Under the pieces are notes generated by a model. That model had not been told where the DNA came from, did no database searches, and was given only the letters and a program-made list of their open reading frames with translations. DNA of 63,439 nucleotides, the filler included, from Stramenopiles sp. TOSAG23-3 (Eukaryota): assembly GCA_900128585.1 (NCBI GenBank). It is 8 parts of 8 records of this genome, joined end to end, with 100 filler letters (N's around TTAATTAATTAA, not from the genome) between each part and the next. Parts side by side here need not be neighbours in the genome. Positions count along the whole stretch, not along the records: positions 10,045 to 19,981 come from LT642863.1; positions 20,082 to 30,017 come from LT642864.1; 6 more parts are not named here. One strand, written 5' to 3'. Both the position numbers and the translations under genes were made by a program. This document shows positions 10,045 to 20,443 of the stretch, one piece after another (position 1 is the stretch's first letter; each line of letters starts with the position of its first letter).

Positions 10045-11316
10045 AGCAGCATTTTTCCCCGTCACGACGCCTTCGTCGCCGGCATACGGCCCAGAAGTCA
10101 ATTTCACCCTGGCCCCTTCTCTCAAGTCAAGGGTCATTAATTGCCCATGGTAAACGCGATGTCCGTCTTCGTTGTAAGCGATGTGAAACACGTCTTCGTA
10201 CCCCGTCTCATTTGCAATAATTGGAGAGTAACCAGCAGTCATAGACGGAGATGTAATGTTAAGTTCGCCCAATAGCAATTTCATCACGTCGTCAATTCGA
10301 GCGAAAATCCGTAGACTGGAGATATGATCGAACTGAGTCTTCTGCAAGTTGACTATGACGCCTCCCAGCACGTTTTTTTCACCTCTCCGCGCTTTCCCGG
10401 CGCACGTTGTAAACACACGGTCGCTATTCATTCCGCACATTGACGTTCCCATGGACAAGCATAGGTCGGTTTTGTTTTCCCACTCAAGCATGTCTTCGAA
10501 GAGATCGTTTCGGAGATTCCCAGACATCATCACTACCGGATTGGTTGGGTCCCACCAGGCCCCATGGATTTCATTCATAGCCTCTTGCGGAAACCCGGAT
10601 TTTTGAGGGAGCCCATCATGATTCTGCTGTAGCCAGCGTTTCAGGAACCCTTTTTCGTAAAGCGATGTGCATGCATAGTGAGAATACGTCGGTTTTGCGA
10701 GCAACGGGCTGCGCGGCTTGGTAGATACGTTTTGCCTTGACAGACTCTCTTGGCCCACGCTTGCATAATCGTCGATCCCAGACGAGGTGGAAATCCCTGC
10801 GCCGGTGTAAAGCAGCATGGAACTTGATGCCTTGATCATTGTGGCAAGAAGTTTCACCTTTTGGGCAAGTACCGAAGGGTTGTCAACGTATTCGTGTGCC
10901 TTCTGTGTGTTGTAGCCGGGCCTAGCGTCCGCGTGGCACTCCGTCACCATTCTTGGCAGGGCCCACTTCGGGCTACCACGAAACCCATGGATCTCTTGCA
11001 TTCCGTATTCCTCTGAAGGGTGCAAAAACACGTCTCTTCCTGGTGCAACAGGGCGCGACATGACATCGATTGTACATTGCGACATGGTCTTGCCTTTCAC
11101 AACTGTTTCCGTTGGCTTCAACTGTGAACGGGACGATTCCAAGACCTGGGAGCTTAGAAAAGGGTGACGGGGCGGTGCTTGCGGTACCTGTGGTGGTGCC
11201 GGCGGTGGCCCTGGAGGTCCGCCGAAAAACAGAATCTCGTCGCGGGTTCTGACTGTAGTGGTGGTTGGTTTTAATGAGGCTCTCCTCGCTCGAAGCAGGT
11301 GATTGTTATACGACAT
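10045..11316 (-). CDS. Sir2-family (sirtuin) protein with N-terminal WH2-like/polyproline extension and C-terminal KOW-like motif; 3'-truncated by contig end
   Basis: YTGAGISTSSGIDDY, KPTYSH, QQNHDGL, EIHG, MGTS, VIVNLQKT are sirtuin motifs closest to the SIRT6/7-like pattern; no stop before the linker. Confidence 0.9.
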
Positions 11317-11789
11317 TTTGGTTTGTTTTAAATGTATTCGCTATCCTCTTTTTAAACGTTTCTATAAATTGAGTAATACTTACTGTATTCGTTCTTCTTC
11401 CTTTTCAATTTTGTATTGACCCATCATATTGCAATTATTAAAGGCGGTCTGCTGCGGGTGAAGAAGAAAAGAAGAAGAAAGAGAGAAGAAAGAAAAAAAA
11501 GAAGAAGAAAAAACTCCCCGCTCACTACACAGCAGCTACACAGCAGCCATCAAATAGACTAAAAAAAATGAAGATGTTGTTTGTTGTGCGTTGTTTTTCT
11601 TTTTTTTTTTTTATTTAATGCTGTATAAAGGAACCAAGCCGTAACAAGAAAAAGACAAGAACTTCATAATATACCAGCTAGACAGCAAAAAGATCGCCAA
11701 TTGAAAATGAAGAAAATTCCAAGGAAAGCGAAAATGAAATTGATGACTACAAACTACATAAAATTATATTCTAACAGTAATCTGATAGG

Positions 11790-14528
11790 TTATGTGTTAA
11801 AAAGACGACGTAATTTTCCCTTCCACCAAAGATATACGAGCAAAAGGATTGTGCCAAACCCTACGGTTCTTGGAACGAGATCTTTCAAAGGGCTTTTCCT
11901 TCGTCTACTTTGAACTACACCGCAATCGAGTTGGGCGGTAAAATATCTTCGAATAAGAGTTTCCACCAAAGTCATTTTCAGGGATCCTGTGGCTGATAGG
12001 GAAGGAAATAGAAACGGGTCCAGATTTCCTCCGTAAATGCACGCAATGAAGGAATTTTCCCGAAAGATGTCTTGCAGGAATTTGAGGGTTTTGTTGGTCT
12101 TGATTTCTTTCCAGCTTGCTATTGCATCTTTCAAAAAGACATCGATGGCTGGAACCGGTTCGGAGTTTCCGAGCTTCACCGTTCTCAATGCGTAAGGTGT
12201 CAGGGACAACTGCCACCCAGTTTGACACCGCTCTGGTTTTGCTGGGCATAGACTGAACAGGGTTGCAACTGAGTGGCCTCTTTTCTTCAGCTTCTTTATC
12301 ATGACTCCGCTCGGATCCTCCACCGCAATCACTGTTGAACCTTTGGCTCTCCACCTGCTATGCACAATTGTCATGCCATGAGACCGTAAGCCTTCCACGA
12401 CTTTTTCTGTGGCATTCCCCAAGGCTGTGTATTTCTCCACGTACCCGTCCACCCCAACCAGTTTCATGCTTGATATTGCACGAACTAAATCCTCTTGCAG
12501 TGGTTGAGCGCCTACCTTCGCATGGTGAGTCAAGGACGAAAGTGTGCCGTTCGTTCCAATGACAGTCGATATCCCTTTGTCCGTTCCAAGGTGTTTGTGG
12601 GCGTCGATCGTCAACAAAATCGGAGTAATTAATCTAGAGTCGAAAGCCATGTCCAAAACTCTCAGGTCTTTGTTGTGAAGCAGGACACTAAACGCCAAGC
12701 AGCAATCGTTTATTAAGGTGACCAAGGGTAAGATGGGGCGTTTCTTCATTCTCCTTTGGTTTTCTTCCTCGATGATCGCAACTATGTCCTCCAATGGATC
12801 GGTGATGCCATCGGTGTAGCTCAAAGTTTGCGCATAAACCGCAGCAACCTGGGAATCTTGGATCTTCTCTCTCAATAGCTTGGGCGACAACGCACCATCC
12901 TTAACGAGGCGAACCAGTTGAAATTGGAACCTGCGCTCCGCGCGTTCAACGGCCAGGTGTGGGTTTCCAGTCAACACTTTCATTTTTTTCTCGTTCCTTA
13001 CTTGAACCATTTTGCTGTTCCTAACTTCAAATTTGGCATTCCAATTTTGGTACAAGTTAATGACGCTCTCAAACGCAAGGTTTATGCTTCTTGTGCCTCC
13101 GCCTGTGCTGATGACTTCCAAGCCGTTCATCTTCGACCCACCTATGAACTGCTGCTGAAAGCACAAAAGCTCCGCTTCCAGGCGTGAACGAGCAAGACCG
13201 CCCCCTGGTCCCAAAGGTCTGCTTATCGACGCCTTTGCCCATGAAAGGACTTTGCTATACTCCTGTTTGGTGTAATGGGCAAAAGAGCGAGGCTGCGGGA
13301 GTTCACCATCCAATCGGGTGTAGACGATCGTCCGTTTTGGTTTTGAGACTTCACATGTGGCTATTTCGACCATCGCGCCCCACCCGAGACAGATCGTGCA
13401 GAGATCCGTGAACAATGGGGTCGACGCGCCAGAGCCTCCTTCATTGGGACTCATGTACGCCGTTTGCCAGCCGTACGAAACGTCAAGATGAAGGTCCCTT
13501 AGTCGGACGTCTCGATATACCGCGTAACCGCTCCGGAAAACTCCATCTTCTACGCTAATGCTCTTGAGTCCGGACGGCAATTGAAAGTGTACAGCTGCTT
13601 GCGGGTTTGTTGCAAATATCGTTCGAAAGTCCTTGTCCAGAACGTGGACGTGGTGCCCCAGTTTGCGCCTTGTGCAAAATGCTGCGATAGTGTCCATGTC
13701 TGGGTGGTTGAAGCCGCACATTACTACTGCTACATTGCTGGTGTTGTCGGAGGAGTCTTCCGACATGTACACCATGTCAACCAGGCTTTCTTCTAATTGC
13801 AAAGTCAGTCCAACACGCCCGCAGCATTTTCTCAAATTGGAAAACTCTTCCTCGCGCGCTTTGGAATCGGCCGTGCTGCCTTGAATGTACAGCGCAACGG
13901 CCCGCTTTCCGTTGCCGGGCACACGGGAGCGCTGTTTCTTTTCCCACAGCTGCCTGTAAGAATATAGGCAGAGGCTTAATATTTCGTTTCCGTCCGTAGC
14001 GTGGCAAGCGAAAGGAAATTGAAACATTTGTTTCACAAAGTTCAGAAGGTTGCCTATGACGCAGGAATCCAAGAGACCAGGGTGGAGACAGTTTCGATTT
14101 CTCAACTCGGGGTTCAGGAAGACTACTTCGAGCAGATCTACAGCCCGCCTCTGGTTTTCGCCCGATAACGATTTGTACATTGGAGTGTTCGCCACGGACG
14201 CCATAATGATCTCCGAGTTTATGCTGTGAAACATTTTATCGTCCACCCCGTACTTGTTCCCGGTTTCCACGGTGGGTTCAAGGGAGCGACCAAGTTGGAG
14301 CGCTTCTTCAAGAAACGAAGCCAATTGTTTCGCAGAGATTCCCTCAAAGGTAAATTCTATAGTGGACTTCATTCTATCTGTACATACTAATTTATTCCCA
14401 CCCACCAATAGCTCTTCGACCTGTTTCTGCACTGCTTTGAAGAGGGAAGGAATCGGGGGCACGACCCCGTTGCCGTAAGACTGAAACCGGGGCTGGTGAC
14501 CCAACGCTCGTGCTTTTTCGGACGGCAT
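11790..14528 (-). CDS. Fold-type I PLP-dependent enzyme, sphingosine-1-phosphate-lyase/group II decarboxylase-like, internally duplicated, with C-terminal hydrophobic helix
   Basis: STGGGTRSINLA, DGITDP, INDCCLA, TIDAHKHLG (PLP lysine); degenerate first repeat LHPG...ATDGNEILSLCLYSYR; first ATG 14528 (track starts at TTG 14588). Confidence 0.8.
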   Translation of the reverse strand: MPSEKARALGHQPRFQSYGNGVVPPIPSLFKAVQKQVEELLVGGNKLVCTDRMKSTIEFTFEGISAKQLASFLEEALQLGRSLEPTVETGNKYGVDDKMFHSINSEIIMASVANTPMYKSLSGENQRRAVDLLEVVFLNPELRNRNCLHPGLLDSCVIGNLLNFVKQMFQFPFACHATDGNEILSLCLYSYRQLWEKKQRSRVPGNGKRAVALYIQGSTADSKAREEEFSNLRKCCGRVGLTLQLEESLVDMVYMSEDSSDNTSNVAVVMCGFNHPDMDTIAAFCTRRKLGHHVHVLDKDFRTIFATNPQAAVHFQLPSGLKSISVEDGVFRSGYAVYRDVRLRDLHLDVSYGWQTAYMSPNEGGSGASTPLFTDLCTICLGWGAMVEIATCEVSKPKRTIVYTRLDGELPQPRSFAHYTKQEYSKVLSWAKASISRPLGPGGGLARSRLEAELLCFQQQFIGGSKMNGLEVISTGGGTRSINLAFESVINLYQNWNAKFEVRNSKMVQVRNEKKMKVLTGNPHLAVERAERRFQFQLVRLVKDGALSPKLLREKIQDSQVAAVYAQTLSYTDGITDPLEDIVAIIEEENQRRMKKRPILPLVTLINDCCLAFSVLLHNKDLRVLDMAFDSRLITPILLTIDAHKHLGTDKGISTVIGTNGTLSSLTHHAKVGAQPLQEDLVRAISSMKLVGVDGYVEKYTALGNATEKVVEGLRSHGMTIVHSRWRAKGSTVIAVEDPSGVMIKKLKKRGHSVATLFSLCPAKPERCQTGWQLSLTPYALRTVKLGNSEPVPAIDVFLKDAIASWKEIKTNKTLKFLQDIFRENSFIACIYGGNLDPFLFPSLSATGSLKMTLVETLIRRYFTAQLDCGVVQSRRRKSPLKDLVPRTVGFGTILLLVYLWWKGKLRRLFNT

Positions 14529-14956
14529 CGTAGCAAACCTCACAACTGTTTTTTGATCGTTTTCTCTTTCAATTTCTACCGAGCACAATGTTTGCCGTAT
14601 TTACCAATATAACCTTGGCCGATTACATTTCAAAACTAATTTCATACACGAACGAGTCTTGAATCGATTATCGTGCGACTATAAAAAAAAGCAGCGAAAG
14701 AACAACTTTCACCACAGCAGTATATATTACTACAGTCGTCGTCGTCATCATCATCAATAAATAAAATATAATAAAACAACAACGAACAATAAATAATAAA
14801 GTTGATGATGGTACGACGCTGTATATATATTAATATTATTTTGTTGTAAAATTTAGTCGTCATTTAATAATAAATATAATAAAAAAATACTCCTTTTTTT
14901 TTTTACTTATTACTTGGTACTTCGCAAGGAGGCGGTGGTGGTATTATTATTTATAC

Positions 14957-15003
14957 CCGTACGGTAGCTGGTACGTACGGTACCTGGGTACCGTACCGGT
15001 ACG
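14957..15003. promoter_or_regulatory. GTAC-word cluster (putative cis-element)
   Basis: Seven GTAC in 44 bp (14959-15002) in otherwise AT-rich intergenic DNA. Confidence 0.4.
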
Positions 15004-15203
15004 AACTAAAATAAACTTTGTAAGATTCTTAATAAGATTTCTCAGTTCCAAATTTTAATACGTACCGACGAATTACGAAGTTTTTAATACATCTTTTATC
15101 AGAACTAACAAAAAAATATAAGCGCGAGAGATAATTTCGATTGTTTCGTTGCACAAGGGGTAACACACACGTGACACACGCGCACACTTTACTAAAACGG
15201 CTT

Positions 15204-16622
15204 TTAGTTCGTCGTGTTGTGGTCTCGCATCACTTTATTAACGTCCATCAACCGCTTGCCCCGTTTCAACGCTACAAACTGTGCGCTTTCGTAACTCTCA
15301 AAGGCTTTCATAGTCGCGAGAACTATGCTGTATGGATTATGGCGCCCAAAAACTTTCGTGGTGCTGTCACGAACCCCTAACACGTCAAGAATACTACGCA
15401 CCCCCTTCCCTGCCTTGTTTCCTGCCCCGGCCGGGGCGGCACGTATCATCACTTTACAATTGTTGTGCTTTCCCACCAAATCGTGGTACAGGGTGCGCCC
15501 CTCGTACAATGGAATCCAAATAACGTCCCGAACGGCCAGCTTGAGCGCGTTATCCAGCGCCGTGCGTATATCGTCCCCTTTTCCAAACCCAACACCCACC
15601 CTTCCTTTCATGTCCCCGGCAACCATCAACGTGCGAAATGAGGCGGACCGTCCGGCTTTCCGCGTCACGGACACACGACCAATCTGAAGCACCCGCGAAC
15701 TCCAGTCCTTCATCCGGTCCATGGCCATCTTCTGGTGGATGCCGATGTCCCGCCGATCGACGAGGCTCGGGTTCCAATCTTCGTCAACTAACAGCTCATT
15801 CTTTTCCTGCCAGTCCAAAGATTTTTCCGTCTCAGTCATCGCCATCATGTTCTTCTCAACGTAAAGCTTGTCGAATATTTCATTCAACGTGACGCCGTTT
15901 TGCTCCACGTGCACCGAAGCGATGGGCGGGGGGCCCAAATGGCTGAAGTTGAGTTCCAAATCATGCCGGAACTTTTGGCCAAGGTCGTCTGGAAAAAAGA
16001 ATGCTGTCTCCTCTCGCGAAGCCTCTTGCCGCTTCACGCCGTCCATGAATAAGTTTCCTTCGTCGTCGAACATCGCATCGCCCCCCGTCGGCATCCCCGT
16101 CGGGGCCGGCATGTCCAGGATCTTGCTGGCAACGTGACCGGGCGGCTCGGGAAGTGGCGTGTACGCAGACAGGGCTTGCCTTGATCGGCCTGCTTCGACC
16201 AGCCCTTCTCTCTTGTCGATGTTGGGGTTGGTAGAACGGTGTCCAATATGAGGGCGGAGTATTCCCTTTCTTCTTTTCACGTCTCCCTCTGACGCTGATC
16301 GTGTGTGGCCACGACCGCCTCGACCGCCGCCTCGACCGCCGCCACGGCCTCCGCCTCGACCGCCGCCACGGCCTCCGCCTCGACCGCCTCCGCCTCGACC
16401 GCCTCGACCGCCTCGACCGCCGCCACGGCCTCCGCCTCGACCGCCTCCGCCTCGACCGCCTCCCCCGCGGCCTCCCCCACGCCCCCCCCCGCGGCCCCCC
16501 CCGCGGCCGTCTCTAGAGGCAACCCCAGTCGCATGGAACGACCGAGACGATAAAACCCGCGGTCCGTTCGCCTGGTTTGCTATTCTACCAAGCCCACGTC
16601 TTACGTAGGACGATAACATCAT
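15204..16622 (-). CDS. MRPS5: Mitochondrial ribosomal protein uS5m with long RGG/GAR tract
   Basis: RVSVTRKAGRSASFRTLMVAGDMKGRVGVGFGKG and APAGAGNKAG...ILDVLGVRD...RHNPYSIVLAT are uS5 signatures; Arg/Ser-rich transit-peptide-like N-terminus (RSFHAT). Confidence 0.92.
   Translation of the reverse strand: MMLSSYVRRGLGRIANQANGPRVLSSRSFHATGVASRDGRGGGRGGGRGGGRGGGGRGGGGRGGGRGGGRGGRGGRGGGGRGGGRGGGRGGGRGGGRGGGRGGRGHTRSASEGDVKRRKGILRPHIGHRSTNPNIDKREGLVEAGRSRQALSAYTPLPEPPGHVASKILDMPAPTGMPTGGDAMFDDEGNLFMDGVKRQEASREETAFFFPDDLGQKFRHDLELNFSHLGPPPIASVHVEQNGVTLNEIFDKLYVEKNMMAMTETEKSLDWQEKNELLVDEDWNPSLVDRRDIGIHQKMAMDRMKDWSSRVLQIGRVSVTRKAGRSASFRTLMVAGDMKGRVGVGFGKGDDIRTALDNALKLAVRDVIWIPLYEGRTLYHDLVGKHNNCKVMIRAAPAGAGNKAGKGVRSILDVLGVRDSTTKVFGRHNPYSIVLATMKAFESYESAQFVALKRGKRLMDVNKVMRDHNTTN
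16307..16508 (-). repeat. Coding GGGR/GGR tandem repeat
   Basis: 9- and 12-bp units encoding about 65 aa made almost entirely of Gly and Arg. Confidence 0.95.
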
Positions 16623-17100
16623 GCTTCCCTCGAGAATACTAACAAATCAACAAATAAAAGGATACTTCACTATTCCTTGTGTCGATCCGAGGAAATGATG
16701 CATATACATACAAATATAACACTTTCTACAACTACCGAAACAACACAAACAAAAAAATCTTTTCTCTGCTTGTTATATTTATTAATGCAAAATGGTTCTC
16801 ATTCATTCTTCTTCTATTTTTTGTTGTGCTGTTTATTTATTCTTCTTCAATTTATTTATTTATAATAATAAATTTTTATTTATTTGTTAAATTTTATTTG
16901 TATTTTTACTAGTACGAGTATTCGTAGTCTTTTCTTCTAGTACAAGCTATAAGCAAGACTAATAGAATCCAACTCTTTAAAAACGACCATTCACGCCTCC
17001 TTCCTATTTATTTAAACAGGTTTAGGTTAAAGTAGGACGATTATTAAAATAGACCTACGTACCTACGTACCACTCATTTTATTAATAAAAAACAAAAAGC

Positions 17101-17350
17101 AAGAAGAAAGAAGAAAGAAGAAGAAGAAGAAGAAGAAGAAGAAAGAAAAGAAGAAGAAGAAGAAGAAGAAGAAGAAGAAGAAGAAGAAGAAGAAAGAAGA
17201 AAGAAGAAGAAGAAGAAGAAGAAGAAGAAGAAAGAAGAAGAAGAAGAAGAAGAAGAAGAATGAAGAAAGAAGAAGAAAGAAGAAAAAGAAGAAAGAAGAA
17301 AAAGAAGAAAGAAGAAGAAAGAAGAAGAAAGAAGAAAGAAGAAGAAGAAA
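17101..17350 (+). repeat. (GAA)n/(GAAA)n polypurine microsatellite
   Basis: Visible directly. Confidence 0.97.
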
Positions 17351-17659
17351 TTAAAAAATAGAAATAAGAAGAAGATATAAATATTTAAATTAGATCTGAT
17401 TATCATACTTATAATATAATGAGACTACAGTAATATTATACCTATATAATTACTATTCTATATAGAGATACTATTGAGACGACTCTTGACTCGTAGGCTA
17501 CATACAGTACGCCTCCTCGTATGTCATTCTTTTTCTTTCCTCTTTCTTATTATTCTTCAATCCAATCAATCAATCCTCCTCCAACAGAGATATATTAGTC
17601 TATATTATTTTAATAAAAAAATAAGAATAAATAGTCTAGTCTAATAAAATGTAATCATC

Positions 17660-17880
17660 AAAGAAGAGAAAGAAGAGAAAGAAGAGAAAGAAGAGAAAGA
17701 AGAGAAAGAAGAGAAAGAAAGAAGAAGAAGAGAAAGAAAGAAGAAGAAGAAGAAGAAGAAGAAGAAAGAAGAAGAAGAAGAAAGAAGAAGAAGAAAGAAG
17801 AAGAAGAAAGAAGAAGAAGAAGAAAGAAAAAAATGTGAAGAAGAAGACAGAAGAAGAAGAAGAAGAAGGGAAAGAAAAAA
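17660..17880 (+). repeat. (AAAGAAGAG)n/(GAA)n polypurine microsatellite
   Basis: Visible directly. Confidence 0.97.
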
Positions 17881-18101
17881 AATTAAAAAATAATAATATA
17901 ATACGAATTATTATTATTGATTATTAATAGACTATTGAAACTGTATTCTATTTTGTACACAGAAATAAAAGAAAACACTCACACTCATCACCCTTCCCTT
18001 TCTCGTATGGTTCGTTTTTTGTTTCTGTTTTGTTCCGGCAGTGGCACTTCGTACACGCAAAGATATCATTTTGTTAGAGAGAAAAATACTCAAGAGTAAC
18101 G

Positions 18102-19595
18102 ATGAGTCGACCGTCCCACCCGTCCTTGGTTGTCGTTGTGTTACTAGTGTTGGCCCTGGGCCAGTTCCCCGCCCTGGCCGAATCGGACACTTCGACTTCG
18201 GTGCTAGTGTTGGACAGGAGTAATTTTGATGCGACCGTGTCCAAGTTTCCCTTCCTTCTAGTAAAGTTCTATGCCCCATGGTGCGGGCACTGCAAGGCGT
18301 TGGCGCCCGAGTACAAGAAGGCCGCAGAGATACTCAAGTATGAGGATCCACCGGTCATGCTGGCCAAAGTGGACGCGACCGTGGAAGAGTCCCTCGCATC
18401 GCGGTTCAAAGTACGAGGCTTTCCGACGCTGAAACTGTTTAAGCACGGGAAAGAGTACGAGTATGCTGGTGGACGAACGTCGAACACCATCATACCTTGG
18501 GTAAAAAAGCGAACCGGGGCGTCGACGAAACGGCTGACGACAGAGAAAGAGGTGGCTGACTTCCTGGCCTCTGCCGCCGGTGAAGTGAAAGGGATCGCTT
18601 TCTTGAGCGACGATTCCCCCGCCAAGAAGCCGGTGGAAGAAGTAGCAAGCAACTTCGATGACATTGAGTTTGCGGTGGCTCCCGAAGCTCTGGCAAGCGA
18701 TCATAGCCCGGACGGGCTGCCGGGCATCATCCTGTTCCGAAGCTTCGACTCGGGGAACATCATGTTCGAAGGTCCCATGGACGGCCCGGAGCTGGCGACC
18801 TCGCTCACCACGTGGATAGACGCCAAACGGTTCCCCCTCATCGTAAAGTTTACCACGGACACGGCGGCCAAAATCTTCGGCGGAGACACGAAAGTCCACA
18901 TCCTCGTGTTCTACGAAGAGGGGGATGAGAAACTGGAGGCTGCCATGAAGGAAAGTGCGCAGCGCCACGAGAACGAGCTGCTGTTCGTCAGCGTGGCCCC
19001 AGACCAAGAGCGCATTTACGAGTTTTTCGACATCACGAAGGCTGACTTGCCGCAAGTGCGCCTTGTCAACATGGGCGATGGCTCCACGGCTATGCGAAAG
19101 TACACCTTCCGGGGTGATGTCTTCTCGTCGAACGACTACGACAACTTCATAGCTGCCTTTAAGCGGGGGGAGATCGCGCCGGTTCTCAAGTCGCAAAAGG
19201 TCCCGGAGAAGAACGACGGGCCGGTCAAGACCGTTGTCGGGGACAACTTCAACGACATCGTCCTGGGGGACAAAGACGTGCTCGTCGAGTTCTACGCCCC
19301 CTGGTGCGGCCACTGCAAACGCCTGACGCCCGTGTGGGAGGAGTTGGGAGAGGCTTTTTCGAGCGTTGAATCGATAGTGATTGCAAAAATGGACGCAACC
19401 GCGAACGAGCACGAGCACGTGGACGTGAGCGGGTTCCCGACCATACAATTTTTTGCCGCAAATTCAAAAACCCCCGTGGATTTCGATGGCTCCCGCACGC
19501 TCGACGGGTTTGTTGCATTTTTAAAGAACCATGCGACAAAGAACGTGGAGGCCGTCGAAGCCATCGCAAATACCGAAAAAAAGGATGAATTGTAA
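18102..19595 (+). CDS. PDI: Protein disulfide-isomerase (a-b-b'-a')
   Basis: Signal peptide, two FYAPWCGHCK active sites, GFPT cis-Pro motifs, C-terminal KDEL. Confidence 0.98.
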   Translation: MSRPSHPSLVVVVLLVLALGQFPALAESDTSTSVLVLDRSNFDATVSKFPFLLVKFYAPWCGHCKALAPEYKKAAEILKYEDPPVMLAKVDATVEESLASRFKVRGFPTLKLFKHGKEYEYAGGRTSNTIIPWVKKRTGASTKRLTTEKEVADFLASAAGEVKGIAFLSDDSPAKKPVEEVASNFDDIEFAVAPEALASDHSPDGLPGIILFRSFDSGNIMFEGPMDGPELATSLTTWIDAKRFPLIVKFTTDTAAKIFGGDTKVHILVFYEEGDEKLEAAMKESAQRHENELLFVSVAPDQERIYEFFDITKADLPQVRLVNMGDGSTAMRKYTFRGDVFSSNDYDNFIAAFKRGEIAPVLKSQKVPEKNDGPVKTVVGDNFNDIVLGDKDVLVEFYAPWCGHCKRLTPVWEELGEAFSSVESIVIAKMDATANEHEHVDVSGFPTIQFFAANSKTPVDFDGSRTLDGFVAFLKNHATKNVEAVEAIANTEKKDEL

Positions 19596-19904
19596 ATTTA
19601 TTGCATCCGAACACACACGCACACGCACACAATTTATAAATTGAAAATAAATTTTTTTTTAAATCTCTCCATTTTGATTTTTTTTTGTGCTGTCTCGCTA
19701 TTTGTCTACCAAGTAGTATCAGTATAATATAATAAATACTACGGTAATATCTGTACCTGTACAACGAACCGCAGCAACTGAAATTTGTATTATTTTTACG
19801 TATGATTACAGTTATTATTACAGTAATAGTCGTCGTCTATTATTATTTCAAAATTGAATCTCCATCGTCGTTCTATAATAAAACAACAATCAGAAGGCAA
19901 ATAA

Positions 19905-19905
19905 A

Positions 19906-19981
<76 letters not shown>
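19905..19981 (+). repeat. (GAAA)n microsatellite at contig end
   Basis: Visible directly. Confidence 0.97.
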
Positions 19982-20081
19982 NNNNNNNNNNNNNNNNNNN
20001 NNNNNNNNNNNNNNNNNNNNNNNNNTTAATTAATTAANNNNNNNNNNNNNNNNNNNNNNNNNNNNNNNNNNNNNNNNNNNN
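19982..20081. other. Artificial contig linker
   Basis: 44N-TTAATTAATTAA-44N. Confidence 0.98.
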
Positions 20082-20443
20082 TCTTTCTTCTTCTTCTTCG
20101 TTACCGTAGTTCGTTGTGGTTATTTGGATACAAATTATATATTTTTAATTTACTTTTGAGATGATGATGATGATGTCTATTATAAAATATGATGTTGTGT
20201 TTATTTTGTAATAATATATTATTATTATTTATTTATTTTATATTATTATACGACATCATCATTTTTATACTCTTATTATTATATTATAATTGAAGGAAGG
20301 TAGTCGTAATTGTTAAAGACGGGAAGATGCTCTGGGATGTGTTGATCGGGTACAGACGGACAGAAATAGTTTCCGTTTATTACATTTATCACAGTTTCTC
20401 CTTCCCTCGCCATCTTTCGCTCATCCGTATACCACCCGTTACG

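Noticed and set aside
17074-17406. Poly-Phe/Ser ORF, and the KKER ORF at 19802
   Set aside because: Translations of GAA/GAAA microsatellites.
18258-19448. 396-aa antisense ORF over PDI, and similar shadow ORFs over other genes
   Set aside because: Antisense shadows of GC-rich, codon-biased genes with no independent motifs.
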